A stretch of 48,547 nt of DNA. Source: a virus (Duplodnaviria; Caudoviricetes). Location of the stretch: positions 1 to 48,547 of the IMG/VR virus record IMGVR_UViG_3300020042_010851. The stretch is one strand, 5' to 3'. Of this stretch, positions 11,501 through 21,200 are shown one piece after another. The notes under the pieces were generated by a model. That model saw only the letters and a program-made list of their open reading frames with translations, made no database searches and had not been told where the DNA came from. The position numbers and the translations under genes were made by a program. Numbering within the stretch: the stretch's first letter is position 1; each line of letters opens with the position of its first letter.

Positions 11501-14500
11501 CAGTTGGAGTAGTTATACTACCTGCTACCTGAACATCACCCATAAAACCAACCATAGTTTTACCTTCGATGGCATCTACATCTGCAAAATCATTATCACT
11601 AATTGTAAAATCTCTTTTAATTGAAGCCTTAGAACGAAATGGTTTTCTATTTGTTCTTCCTTTGCTTGCATCAACAACAATAGGCTGATCAAACACTTCG
11701 TAGCCTGGTTCAATTTCTCTTCCTTCTACATCTTCTGTAGTAAGAGGATTTTCAACAGCATCTACAATTACTTCTTCTTGGTTTTTACCTTCTTCGGTAA
11801 CACCTTGAGATTCTGCTTTGGGTTTTCCTTCGACCATTTCTTGGCCAACTCCGGTTTCTGACTGTACAGGTACTTGACCTGCTGTTTGCTCTTGAACGGC
11901 ATTTATTTTATCTTTTATTGGTTTTGCCAATTGTCCGGTACTCAAGGTTTCCACCATGCCATTCATGAAATTCACAAAATCAACACGAGTTGAAATCTTG
12001 TCGAACAACTGAACCTTACCGCCTGTTATACGGGCAATGTAATCAGAGATAACCTTGGCAATTTTTTCAATTGTGCTTATCTCCAATTTTTTCTGATTGA
12101 GAACCATAGTAGAGCCCAATTCAATCAAGAACTCTTCTGATTGCTCTACTGCACTATAGTTAGAAATTAATTTGTCGATATCGGCTAGAACTCTATTGTC
12201 TATGTTACTTGCGATTACATTTTTCAATTGTGCACGCATTGCATCAAACAATTTTGGATCTGAGCCCAAAGTTCTAAGAAGCAAAGCATGGCCAACCTCG
12301 TGTGCAACAGTTGTACTAACTGCCCTATCTAAATTGATTTGTATTTCAATAGAATAAGTACCATCGTCATTCTTTTTATAAGTAAAATTACCCACAGAAT
12401 TTTTCTTACCATCAACCTCATCCATTGTCTGCAAATACTCATCGTTGTTCAAAAACACGATGCTAGCTCCGGGAGCAAGTTCAGTCAAAGCACTCTGAAG
12501 AACAGTTGCCTCATTAAGTATACTATCTACATTCTTTTGTCCATTCTGACGTGCTTTTTGGGCAACCGCATTTAACTTATTACCATCCTTGACAGTAGCA
12601 CCTCTTTGTTTTGCATTTGTCTGAGCCGCATTCAACTTCTTACCTCCTTTATCAGTTGCCTCTTGAGTTTCAACCTCAAGTTGTTTCTTTTTTTCCTCGA
12701 CTATACGATTGATATTAGAATCTTGAGTTGTAACTTGGATACTTCCATCGGCAACATCACTTAAAAAATTCTTGTTGTTTAAGAACGAAGCCATTTCATC
12801 ATTGGCTAAAACTACACTACCGCCATCTTTAAATGTTATTTTGGTCAGTTGCTGAGGCTTGCCTGTAGCAACATCAGCCATCTTCTTTTCGATGCTTGTA
12901 ACAACCTGACCCAATATTTTTTTCTGAGTCTCATCTTGAGTCTCTTCTATTTGTCTCTGCCTTCTTGCTTTTTCACTAGCAAGCGTAACATAGTATTTCT
13001 GAGCATCCTGATCCCGAATCAATTCTTGGGCTTGTGGCAATGCTTTTACAACCTCACCAAAGGCCCTTTTCATGTCTTTTAACTCATTGATGTCAATTTG
13101 CTGTGTACGATACAAGTACTCAGGGAGAATATTCACCCCACCTTCACCAATAACTTGTATGGCATCGGCAACCGTTTGACTCATACCCAAACGACCCAAT
13201 GTAGCCAAAACCCTGCCCTTTGCCTGTTCGGTCATACGCTCAGAGTATGTTTCCATACCTGCCGAACCACCACCCAAAACAGCAATAGAAGGCAATACAT
13301 CCAATGCAGTATTACCACCATTTTTGCTTAACCAAGTAGCAAACTTTTCGGGGGTATCAGTACCAAATTTATAACTCAAATAATTCTGAGTGATTTCAAC
13401 TGGAATTTCTTCACCTGCCTCCAAAGCCAAACCATAACCAAACTTTTTCGCAAACCCTAAAGCATTACCACCCCTTGCTAACTTACTCAAGAATCCTTTG
13501 GTAAATGGCAACATTGAAACGGTGTAAACAGGTGCGATTAGTATCTGTGTTTGAAGGGTTTCAGCAGCAGCATTTTCAGCCTGCAAAACAGAACCTGTCC
13601 TTGCGAACACATCTCTATAGTTTTGTCCGACTTGATCGATTGTTTCTGAGCCCCACATCAAAGAACCACCAATAAATGGGTTTCCAGAAAGCGCAGTTGC
13701 AGCAATACCCATACCAAGGTTAGGACCTTGTTGAACTGTGCTCTGAACCGCTGTTTTTAACGCCTGTACACTAAATAAACCTTCATCATCCAAAACCTGC
13801 GAAAAAGGTTTAATTGCTACCTCACTTTTGGTTTGGACAAAGTCCATGTACTTCATCAAATCAGTAAGTGGATTATCTTCATATCCAACAGCAGCATTTA
13901 ACGCCTGAATAGCGTTTCCAAAAACTCGTGCTGAACCAGACTGTAGAATATCAGTCAATCGCCAACCCATAGCATTACTATTTACTTGCTCTTGCGTTTT
14001 GTACTGATTATATTGGTCTTTGTATGCCTCTACGTATTTTCTATAGGCAGCTGTTGTCAATTTACCTTCTTCATTCGCATCAGCAACAACACCATATTTT
14101 TTCTTGATTCCATCTAGTTCTACTTTAGCATCACCCTCAATTTTCAAGGCGTAATCTTTAAAAGTATTCTCTGAATTTTTTCTTATTGCCGATAATTGCT
14201 CTTCATACATAGATGAGTTTTCACTTACTCGCTGAAGATATGTTTGATACGCAGCATTTTTTAATTCTGGACTAGCAGTATTTTGAGCGGAAATGGTGTA
14301 CTCATTGTACAACTGCTCATTTGTTTTTTGAAGTTTCGATGTCAAAACATCTACCTCCTCTTTTGATGATTCTACAATTTCAATTTGGTAGTTGTTTATT
14401 AGCTTTTGAGAATTACTAACAAGCATTTTTACATCATAATCCAAATCTCTGTTTACTTTTTCTACCTCATCTTCAAATACATTTATTTTCGCAAGTCTTT

Positions 14501-15923
14501 GCTCAACAATACTATTTTCTAAATTTTGTTGTGCTGAAATAGTAGCCAAACGCAACACACGAGGTTTGATAATTTTAACAATATCTTCCTTTGTATACTC
14601 ATCTAAACCTGAGGCTTTTCTTTTCATGTTAAAAGCATCAACAACTTGCGGAGTTACAATACCACTAGGCAAGGTCATCATACGCTCAACATATCGATCC
14701 AAATAAATAGGGTTGACTTTTGGATTTCCTGCATCATCGAGCATATAAATTCCGTAGTCTGTGGTCAACTTTCTATTTGGATTTACTTTGTTTTCAGTAA
14801 CAGTTCTTACATTTCCTGTTTTTCCATCAATTACCTCTACTGATTTTTTAATAATGGCATCATTATCAAAGAAATTATTAGGTAAATTATAAATAGCATC
14901 GCCAAGCATATTATTAACATCTGCTTGAAACGTTTTATCAAAGGTTTGCTCTTGACTAGTCAAATAATCTGCCTTCAATGTAGAACTCATTTCATATCCT
15001 GGGTTCTGATTGTTACCCATCAATAATTGAATATCATAATCAAAAGCATTTTTTTCTTCATCATAGCTAGACAAATAACTTATGACAGCCTTAGATTTTT
15101 GATCCAAAGGCTCAGGTGTGCTCATCTCGTTAATCAGTTGTTGAATGGGCTTCTGAATAAAAGGTGCTCCGGGTTGTTTTGGAAACAACGTAGGGATATT
15201 TTCTTTACGGGCAGTTTCTAAAAGTTGTGGTTTTGCTCCAACAGGATTCATTAAACCCATTTTTGTCAGCTCTTCTTGAAACCGCTTATCGCTAAATGCC
15301 ATTGGGTTTTTAGCGTATACCTCAGCAATTACAGAATTTAACTGATCGTATTGATTTTTAAGTTGACCTTGTTTGACGTACTGAGAATACTTAGTGTCAC
15401 GTTGAAACTGACCAATTTTACTCAATACATTTGTTAGTGCTGTTATGTCACCTTTTCCTCTTGCCTCTTTTACTAATAGGTCTAATGACCCTACATATTG
15501 TGCTACAGCAGGATCGACTTTTTTTGTTGGCTGAGGCCCACCCTCTGATGATTTACCATAACCCAAAGGAGGCAAGCCAAGTGCCTGCAAACCATAGGGA
15601 TCTTCTACACCTCCCAAGTTTTGGTCACCACCCTGTTGGGGCTGTTCCACCATCGCTTGAGGTTCTTGGGAAACCGGCTCAGTCTGTCCAACCAAAGGAG
15701 ATTGAGAAAAAGAATTTTCTTCTCCGAGGTTTTGGATGATCGACTGGTCTTTTTTTTTTAAATATTCAGAAGCAGATTTAATACCGAATAACTCTTCAAT
15801 ATCAGCATCGGCAGTTGGTTCATTTTCCAAATATTGAACAAAATCTGATTGAGTTGGATACAAAGATTTAAATCTTTCGTCTTGCACTAAATCACTGTAA
15901 ACTTCATCTATGTTCTGAGCCAT
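5553..15923 (-). CDS. Giant (3456 aa) virion/ejection polyvalent protein: zincin metallopeptidase, SAM-dependent methyltransferase and ART-like modules
   Basis: HEVGH (12288-12302); ILDAGAGLG...NAVLNVVP...LKPGG; LNNPL...GYDSIV...EIVL. Lies after two smaller ejection-like genes. Confidence 0.8.
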   Translation of the reverse strand: MAQNIDEVYSDLVQDERFKSLYPTQSDFVQYLENEPTADADIEELFGIKSASEYLKKKDQSIIQNLGEENSFSQSPLVGQTEPVSQEPQAMVEQPQQGGDQNLGGVEDPYGLQALGLPPLGYGKSSEGGPQPTKKVDPAVAQYVGSLDLLVKEARGKGDITALTNVLSKIGQFQRDTKYSQYVKQGQLKNQYDQLNSVIAEVYAKNPMAFSDKRFQEELTKMGLMNPVGAKPQLLETARKENIPTLFPKQPGAPFIQKPIQQLINEMSTPEPLDQKSKAVISYLSSYDEEKNAFDYDIQLLMGNNQNPGYEMSSTLKADYLTSQEQTFDKTFQADVNNMLGDAIYNLPNNFFDNDAIIKKSVEVIDGKTGNVRTVTENKVNPNRKLTTDYGIYMLDDAGNPKVNPIYLDRYVERMMTLPSGIVTPQVVDAFNMKRKASGLDEYTKEDIVKIIKPRVLRLATISAQQNLENSIVEQRLAKINVFEDEVEKVNRDLDYDVKMLVSNSQKLINNYQIEIVESSKEEVDVLTSKLQKTNEQLYNEYTISAQNTASPELKNAAYQTYLQRVSENSSMYEEQLSAIRKNSENTFKDYALKIEGDAKVELDGIKKKYGVVADANEEGKLTTAAYRKYVEAYKDQYNQYKTQEQVNSNAMGWRLTDILQSGSARVFGNAIQALNAAVGYEDNPLTDLMKYMDFVQTKSEVAIKPFSQVLDDEGLFSVQALKTAVQSTVQQGPNLGMGIAATALSGNPFIGGSLMWGSETIDQVGQNYRDVFARTGSVLQAENAAAETLQTQILIAPVYTVSMLPFTKGFLSKLARGGNALGFAKKFGYGLALEAGEEIPVEITQNYLSYKFGTDTPEKFATWLSKNGGNTALDVLPSIAVLGGGSAGMETYSERMTEQAKGRVLATLGRLGMSQTVADAIQVIGEGGVNILPEYLYRTQQIDINELKDMKRAFGEVVKALPQAQELIRDQDAQKYYVTLASEKARRQRQIEETQDETQKKILGQVVTSIEKKMADVATGKPQQLTKITFKDGGSVVLANDEMASFLNNKNFLSDVADGSIQVTTQDSNINRIVEEKKKQLEVETQEATDKGGKKLNAAQTNAKQRGATVKDGNKLNAVAQKARQNGQKNVDSILNEATVLQSALTELAPGASIVFLNNDEYLQTMDEVDGKKNSVGNFTYKKNDDGTYSIEIQINLDRAVSTTVAHEVGHALLLRTLGSDPKLFDAMRAQLKNVIASNIDNRVLADIDKLISNYSAVEQSEEFLIELGSTMVLNQKKLEISTIEKIAKVISDYIARITGGKVQLFDKISTRVDFVNFMNGMVETLSTGQLAKPIKDKINAVQEQTAGQVPVQSETGVGQEMVEGKPKAESQGVTEEGKNQEEVIVDAVENPLTTEDVEGREIEPGYEVFDQPIVVDASKGRTNRKPFRSKASIKRDFTISDNDFADVDAIEGKTMVGFMGDVQVAGSITTPTGLTFSGFGGPNYPAYANRNLKKDAEGYFVGRAAVWASTFEDSTGKLLNRFKEAEGALIGTQQNSGILGNRLMLKYFGEELKTASEKINSEETIVDFINEKIKTQFKKDKKTGVTSTFSEGLGGVESFSSIEEFVDYLDPYFTSDQFVAKYPNSNNIVQKGDKKVTLLESKNTKKDRRIVPYDLRASLFVKMFNIDSHKNFGLPSIVPGKGYSYEKTVLEYGNDTMFNEAGYGDFVGFVEFDPSTLQLEKVDQSSDFYNPSYEWVITAESVRFKYLNQFLDGRALFYENVPASKEANQTPFGLRPKDAAARAIMGAQPAAKIDATKVKERQKGFGSKSQLTAPSSDKWSSSLTQAQVDAKLAETGVRTKTENDRLLQETQKGNETQRNNISTYSSFVNGIISKYGKENLANKNILDAGAGLGIGAKAATQAGIANSYKTFEPFPSISDGKWEKFSGTQQPNFTDFAAIENNSQDILVNNAVLNVVPADIRQSIVENIGRVLKPGGQAYVSVRGIKESALMESLAAAKGGKSKNVFLSDSEYYVPGTQGDYQKGFSEVELQAYVQDVLGSQYDVQISREPFWKSNANAPKVVITKKEKATGPLKSKSQKTNIQTGVPVTINYNKNPEKAPSMGKTFGQDIEPTGNYITQNEGFTPQGWQSGAVTLNNPLVINVTPETQISYKRELSKRFGNKKGDGLSKEIVKQGYDSIVTKYADGGTGEIVLLGNQSLGGFASKSQLDFTQIRPEYDAVMNQQFGTKKAAYKALVEKGYTPKRIKEAIGLYDFDESAFKQAQSEIAVNAINAVAQTYNDRQDEIKDMINQNIGDMESIYGDLIDQGYSNLEIFTAARDLDFLSPQDLVDIFGAEYRQTVKKAINASTPYPTDFLDELEDDARTLKVSQRAADVADVVRETGLGLVDSAVAIDALLEYLKTNGFDQIAIALTEGVKQFAKDRGILEKTADWADAVTSGTLGDKLYSPEAINYAFSVSSELFSQAGRILQLARYFNETNQLAMIERQLSASGVVLTQMQKQTLEALVNDYKAAQDDNKAKLKALEEDWSDQAWEAFNESEKAVGMATIRVAQFLEARKPIFWNERLTSGAARALLNVGTTVLSFVANVENNIWSTNWAARTIQKFRDALGSGIKGNTLSFSNWKMARKLTSKRMWFDMNNNAKFGVMDTTQGINRYYDNLAQVNFFRDVKWNYNFMKAMVKKVLNRDFESMTPEEQADAYDLTLVKLKSGDVELRDGKTYTFARSLAWSLGTGPILAASRGNASLLLNTGGPLFAEATGRIMSYGGDIAFGYMAAQRAMIDYFQNVQGTRFQNGIFDSMLNEADGKMDEKTIRALSEILRADAELYSRFEKEGLKRTLLGDNIISGGISLLRGKLRKKIRTLYTENRKVVGGSTIAEELRREVLTGRGLIKNTLQVVDVGLFTLMPFTKVPVNFLGSAIAKTVPFLAGPKYIFAEGLYQFKYNEFNKKYPGIPPLTTDKQKRDYEKAKIDLFAAKRQATYDSAQFVTSLAIYGIAMSAVKAGAILTDGGGDPEKEKALKTFGLRGGLYNATLHWEYLTSGMPSNFLARRKGFAKEGDVMLNTNNAGFLGYAMGLYASVYDGERKQEADNVMSLFDTQKSALTMLATTAVSSGIENLPMFQGLARIGELLNDLKTPESSKNAWNNFASGTLSTSTAVFFPSFFSLMSKGNAEMVQSASEINKRAENPNWPSVYGDVAVRVVQKLNRNISFNEATRNEYYKAQIGPFGEDLSYKVTVAEPGTAAAYIQAFLDPFAIRMFSAPAKENQKEIQAYRESAQLFGGMTNLALIFQHMTGRDFEWKPDGKTSSFFGIITNPMKNQFSYSNSAKNVGGLDEENTYKLFDYNLPNDLYRQELKLRGEEFRKAMRKYIGKFETTTAQVKTAVEDDDLERAKRLITDVFEEYQSTLAEAQKDYLLNYQTNREKQYLSTMNNRKLFTEKEKEIMKKNGFMNEEGLIP

Positions 15924-15927
15924 TGTG

Positions 15928-17466
15928 TTATTTTGGTAATGTTAAAAGTGGTTGTGCAAAGGTATTAAACTCTTGCTGAGTTCCGAAAGATTTGTCTTTC
16001 ATAGCAGTATTTATTTTACCTTCTAGTTTGTAAAACTGAATAAATATTTTTGTCCATTCTGCTGCCTTGTATTTACTTCCAGCAAAAGAAGCAGGATTTG
16101 AATAGTTAGCAAGTGGTGTGTAGTACTGACTAGCTTTGTTGTTAAATTGCACAAATGGAGCAACACCAACAATTTTCTTAGCATCATCGTGTCTAGCGAT
16201 AACCTTTACGCCATTAACTATCTTATAAGGCATCAAACGAATTGCGGTTATATCTCCTGTGAAATTACCCGTCAATTTGTTACCAAACTCGTCTGTTACT
16301 TGATCGCTTGCTTGAACAAAGGCATCTGGCGTACCAACAACAATGCTTGCCAAAGACTCTGCTTTCCTTGGAGTTTTTTGATTCTCGGCTAGTTTAACAT
16401 TATCAACCAAGTCACCAGGTGTTTTTAAATCAAGTGCCTCTAAACCAACAGAAATATCTCCAGGAGAAGCGGCATTGTCAGGCATAAATATTTGAGTTCC
16501 TGTTCGGTCTTGAGCCAACTTACCTTTTAATTCTGGATTAGAGAACTGAGACATATAAAGAATAAGAGCGTCTTTTACTTTCTTGCCGTCTTGCTCTGTG
16601 TAACCTTCAGGACCTTTCTTTATACCCAAATTAAATTTAGTAGAAGCCTGTCTAATTACATCCTCTCCGTAAAGAATTATGTAATCGTCTACCTCATCCT
16701 CCAAAGACTTCGGAGGTTTACCATCAGGGTATAACTGAGGATTATTTTTAAATGCTTGTTTAGCATCATCTTTGTACAAAGGTTTACCCATTACATCACG
16801 AAGTTCTTTCGTGGCAGATAAGCCAGGAACACTAACTACATCTCTGTATTGAATAACACTATTCAAGTTCTTAGCCGCCCTTGCCAAATCTTCTGTGATT
16901 GGCAAAGCAGTTTCTTCGGCCAAGGTTGGAATACCATTCGGATCAAGTCTAAAGTTTGCATCTTGAAAATCAGGATTTTGACTTGCAAATTTCTTCAAAT
17001 CATCCAAAGATGTGGCTTTACGATATACATCCAAAAAAGAACCAACAGCATCACCATAATACTTTCTTTTCTCATCTCTAAATTTAATCTGTTGGTCGAA
17101 TCCATCAAGTTGCCTTGAATATGAAGTCAACTCAATTAACTTACCTCGCAAATTTCTTTCAACCTGAGCATACTGATTACTTGCATATGGATTTTCAGAA
17201 CTTTTTATTTTCTCCATATCAGTTATTGTTTGGTCGAAGATTTTATCCATCTCTCCTAAAACCAAAGGGTGTAACTTGCCTCTTTCTTTGAATAAGCCTT
17301 TAATATCTTCTTGCTGCCTTTGATCCTCTAATTGTTTTCTAGCCTGTTTTTTTTCATCCATGGCAGCCTTCCGAGCAAATGCTTGCCCGGCACTTTGCGC
17401 CATTCTTAAAGTATTATTGGTCTGGCCTTGTAATGATATTGCCTCTGCTATTGATGGTTCTGCCAT
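15928..17466 (-). CDS. Putative internal virion/ejection protein (512 aa)
   Basis: Helical N-terminus; lies between the muzzle and giant protein genes. Confidence 0.6.
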   Translation of the reverse strand: MAEPSIAEAISLQGQTNNTLRMAQSAGQAFARKAAMDEKKQARKQLEDQRQQEDIKGLFKERGKLHPLVLGEMDKIFDQTITDMEKIKSSENPYASNQYAQVERNLRGKLIELTSYSRQLDGFDQQIKFRDEKRKYYGDAVGSFLDVYRKATSLDDLKKFASQNPDFQDANFRLDPNGIPTLAEETALPITEDLARAAKNLNSVIQYRDVVSVPGLSATKELRDVMGKPLYKDDAKQAFKNNPQLYPDGKPPKSLEDEVDDYIILYGEDVIRQASTKFNLGIKKGPEGYTEQDGKKVKDALILYMSQFSNPELKGKLAQDRTGTQIFMPDNAASPGDISVGLEALDLKTPGDLVDNVKLAENQKTPRKAESLASIVVGTPDAFVQASDQVTDEFGNKLTGNFTGDITAIRLMPYKIVNGVKVIARHDDAKKIVGVAPFVQFNNKASQYYTPLANYSNPASFAGSKYKAAEWTKIFIQFYKLEGKINTAMKDKSFGTQQEFNTFAQPLLTLPK

Positions 17467-17471
17467 GTTTA

Positions 17472-18203
17472 TTAACCTAAGGAATTATATCTACGCATAC
17501 TCAATGGTGTGCTGTATTGTTTGGACAAAGATCGTGCTGGTCTCATTTGTATATATCTTCTTGTCATAGCATCTGTAGTAGGATCTCCTTGACCAGCATA
17601 GTCACTATTGTCACTATAGTTATTATTATCAGTTCCAGGCTTATCACCACCATAAATATTTTGATACAACGCAGCCTGTCCAAAACCACTAAGTGCATTC
17701 AAACCACCCATTATTGATTGCTGTTTAGAAAGACCATAGCCCTGCTCTTTATTCAAACGATCACTTATATTTTGACCAATATCCCTTTGTTGCAAACTAG
17801 ACAATTGTTGATTTATACCCATCATTTGTTGCGCACCACGCTCTCGTGCTGATTGGTCCATACTACCTAATTGGAGACCCAATTGATTGGTATTGAATGC
17901 ACCTATGCGACCCAAAGCACTTCCTAATTGTCCACCACCTAAATCGGTAGCAGCACGAAATTGCCCTGCAGTTTGATTGGCTGTTGTCCCTCTAGCAAGA
18001 GCTTCTGCCTGAGGAGATAGCCCTTGTGTATATTGCCTATTAGCCATGGCTAAATTTTGTTGCAAAGGCCCTGCGGCATCCATATATTGAGACCGTCTTT
18101 GACTAGCAAGTGCTTTTATGCCTTTGTCAGATTTGATACCACGATATATGTTATAGCCTAATTCTAATCCTGCTTGTATTGCCGGTATTGCTAATGGTCC
18201 CAT
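17472..18203 (-). CDS. Putative ejection/pilot protein (Gly/Gln/Ala-rich)
   Basis: ATG at 18203 (MGPLAIPAIQAGL...); composition typical of podovirus pilot proteins. Confidence 0.6.
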   Translation of the reverse strand: MGPLAIPAIQAGLELGYNIYRGIKSDKGIKALASQRRSQYMDAAGPLQQNLAMANRQYTQGLSPQAEALARGTTANQTAGQFRAATDLGGGQLGSALGRIGAFNTNQLGLQLGSMDQSARERGAQQMMGINQQLSSLQQRDIGQNISDRLNKEQGYGLSKQQSIMGGLNALSGFGQAALYQNIYGGDKPGTDNNNYSDNSDYAGQGDPTTDAMTRRYIQMRPARSLSKQYSTPLSMRRYNSLG

Positions 18204-18209
18204 ATTATA

Positions 18210-18217
18210 CAAATATA
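18210..18217 (-). promoter_or_regulatory. -7 box TATATTTG
   Basis: TAnnTTTG, 6 nt before ATG 18203. Confidence 0.65.
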
Positions 18218-18225
18218 ATTATTTA

Positions 18226-21200
18226 TTATTGGTTATACAAACGAGGCATTGCTCTAAACTTGATAATCAAGTTAATAAGCCTCTGATTGTTGTTTATTCC
18301 TTCAAGATGTATTTTTACTTTTAACCACTTGCCCCATAGTCTTGTAGTATTTTCTATCGGAGTCCCAAGCGGAGCAGTTAAAATATCATTTTTTATAGGG
18401 CTGTAAAAATATCCTTCACGAGCGTCAAATTCGGTCTCATCCAAATAAGACTGATGATTTTTTGTAAAGAAATCAATAAAAGATGGCGAAATTTCTGAGT
18501 TCACTTGAATGGCTTCAAAATTCTTAGAGATGTTAGGTTCAATGTTCATCACACCTGTTATGGTTGGAATATAGGCTGCTCCATAATAAGTCTGATTAGT
18601 ATTCTCATCGTGCAAAAACAAAGTGTTCTTAGCGTTTGGATTAGGACTCCAGAATGTATTCTGATAAGGCAAATAAATGTCTGCCCAATATGAATGAGTA
18701 GCTACGAATCCATTTTTCAATTCATCATAAACCAAGGTCAAACAAGTATGTGCAAATGGATCTGTACCAGGTTCTATTTTTGCCCAGTTTGTTTGCCAAC
18801 TTGCTCCTGTTTCTGGTTTAGTAGAAGCCCCAGAAGTGTGATTAATTTTAGCCTTGTAAACATACGGCAAACCTGAAGCGTGCAAATAAGTACTAGAAGG
18901 TGTTATGAACACATAAGTACCTGCTGTATAACTTGTTGCGGTTACCCAAGCAGCAATATTTGGATTTATGGCTTTGAGCGTAAATATTGCTTCGCCATAC
19001 TTATCATTCCACACACCATGAATACCTGATCCGGTCAATGGATACTTTTTATCCAAAAGCCAATTGGTGTTTTTCTGCAATAATGTAATCACACCTTTCT
19101 CGCTGATAGGTCGAACCCCGTCCATACCAAATCGCATTATTTTCTTAAGGCGATTGTTGTACCAATAGAACGATTCTTTACCTCCTTCAGTCTGACCTTT
19201 TAACTGACTCCATTTGTACTCACTACCAATAGATGTCAACTCTAATCCGGGTGCTCCTAAAATAGAACCACTTCCAATTACAACGTCTGTTCCTTCTTGA
19301 GCACCGATGAGAGATGCATCTCTAAAGTATTGTCGTTGAAATGAGAATGGTTGCAAAGTATAAAATGCATTATTTATTATTTCGTGATGGACAATAGGCC
19401 CATAGGTCAAATCTAATTGTGCAAATTCAGTTGGTCCGAAACCCAAACGATAAGCATCTCTATTTGAACCAGTTGCTTTTTTTGCAGACCATATAACTTT
19501 TGTTGGCGATTCTCCCGTATAACCTGTATTCAAGTAAAATCCTTGTTCAAGCAAACTACCATCTTTATGATTGTAACCTGTGTTATAAAATCGCTGAGGA
19601 ATTGCTGTCTGCGTTACAAAATTAACAAGAGGAATCCATATAGATTCGTCTCCAGGAGTTAATGGAGTATAAAAACCAAATGGCTGTATACTATAAGGAC
19701 CTGAAGTTATAAAACGATTGAGATAAAACGGCCAACGATATCCGATAGTGTTGTCAAAATCTTCTTCAATACTTTGCATTTGAGTATTGACAACATTTTG
19801 AGTATAACAACCAATCATTCTAGCACCTGTGGCTGCTTGTTTTCTTGTAAAAGGCAAATGTGTTTTTTGGTTAAAAACATCACCACCAAAAACTTCTATG
19901 TTACTCAACACGCCTGTTTGTGTAGGTGTTGTATAATAAAAATGTCCTGTGCTTTGATACACAGTATTTTCTTTGTTGGCTGGGTATTTTTTATTTGCTC
20001 CCAAATCAATAAAGATCTGTCCATAATAAACACCATTGCTTTCGCTGTTCTGCAAACCTGCACTAAAATAACTACCTACTGATTGACGCAAAGTAGCATC
20101 TAATGAAAAAACATCATTTTCTAAATTATTTTGATTTCGTGCTGTCAAACCTGCGGTGGGAAGCACTTGACTTTGGTTGGTATCCAACAAAGCAAAATCT
20201 TCTATAGTTGGTTTTCCTGCACTAGGTAAAGTAATGTACTCTCTTTTAGCAGAAGAAAAATAACCTGTCAAATCAAAGTACTCTCCACTAGTAGTAGTGT
20301 TAGCAGCTATTAAACCATTAAACATTTTTGTTGGTCCTAATAATTTTATTTTATGAGTACCAACAGTAAAATCATAATTTCTATCTACAAAATAATGATC
20401 AGGCGAATGGTAATATAAAACATCCGAGCCATTTGTAGTTGCGATATTATGCAAACGAGATTCCAACCCTCTTGCTAAGTTCTCATTAGTACCACCCGCA
20501 AATAAATTTACTCTTGGGCCATCTGGAACTTCTCGCAATGCAAATCTAGTAGTAGAAACAACCTCTACATAGTAATAATATTCATCAACCAAACCAGTAC
20601 CACCAATATTTTGCAAGTACTGCAATGGTTGATTTTCATAAAATCCGTGAGTAGCACCAGTATCTATTGTGTCATTAGCAGCATTTACATCTACCGCATT
20701 GTACACATAATTACCAGACGTTGCTACAATAAAATCAACGACAAATGGTTTTCTAAAATTACTTCCGCTTATCGTATCCACATCTCCGCAGAAAAAATAA
20801 CCAGTACTCAATACCTCAGGTATTCTCTCTGCTCGTACAAAACGAAAACCTTCAATCAAGTCTCTAATTGGAGTTCCGTTTATCAAAGTGTCCAAACTAA
20901 TGTTATGGAATTTTATATAATAAATATAAACTTCACTAGTAAACTCATTAGTCAAATTACTTGTTATGTTGTTTGATGTTCTTCTATTTGGAGAAGTAAC
21001 ATTTGAACTTAAACTATCAAATCGAACATCATCTACCCAATAAGAACTACTCCATTTTCCTGTGCTTTTCCATTTTACTTGAACACCAAATCTATATGTA
21101 TCATTGTACATATATGAAGTATTGTTTAATGTATTAATTGGGTTTAGATACTCATTTAAGTCGTAGTGTAGATTGATTGGAATATTAGAAGGTTGTGCTG

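Noticed and set aside
14433-14447. DLDYD as an RNA polymerase DxDxD motif
   Set aside because: Lies in a coiled-coil-like helical stretch with no DPBB context.
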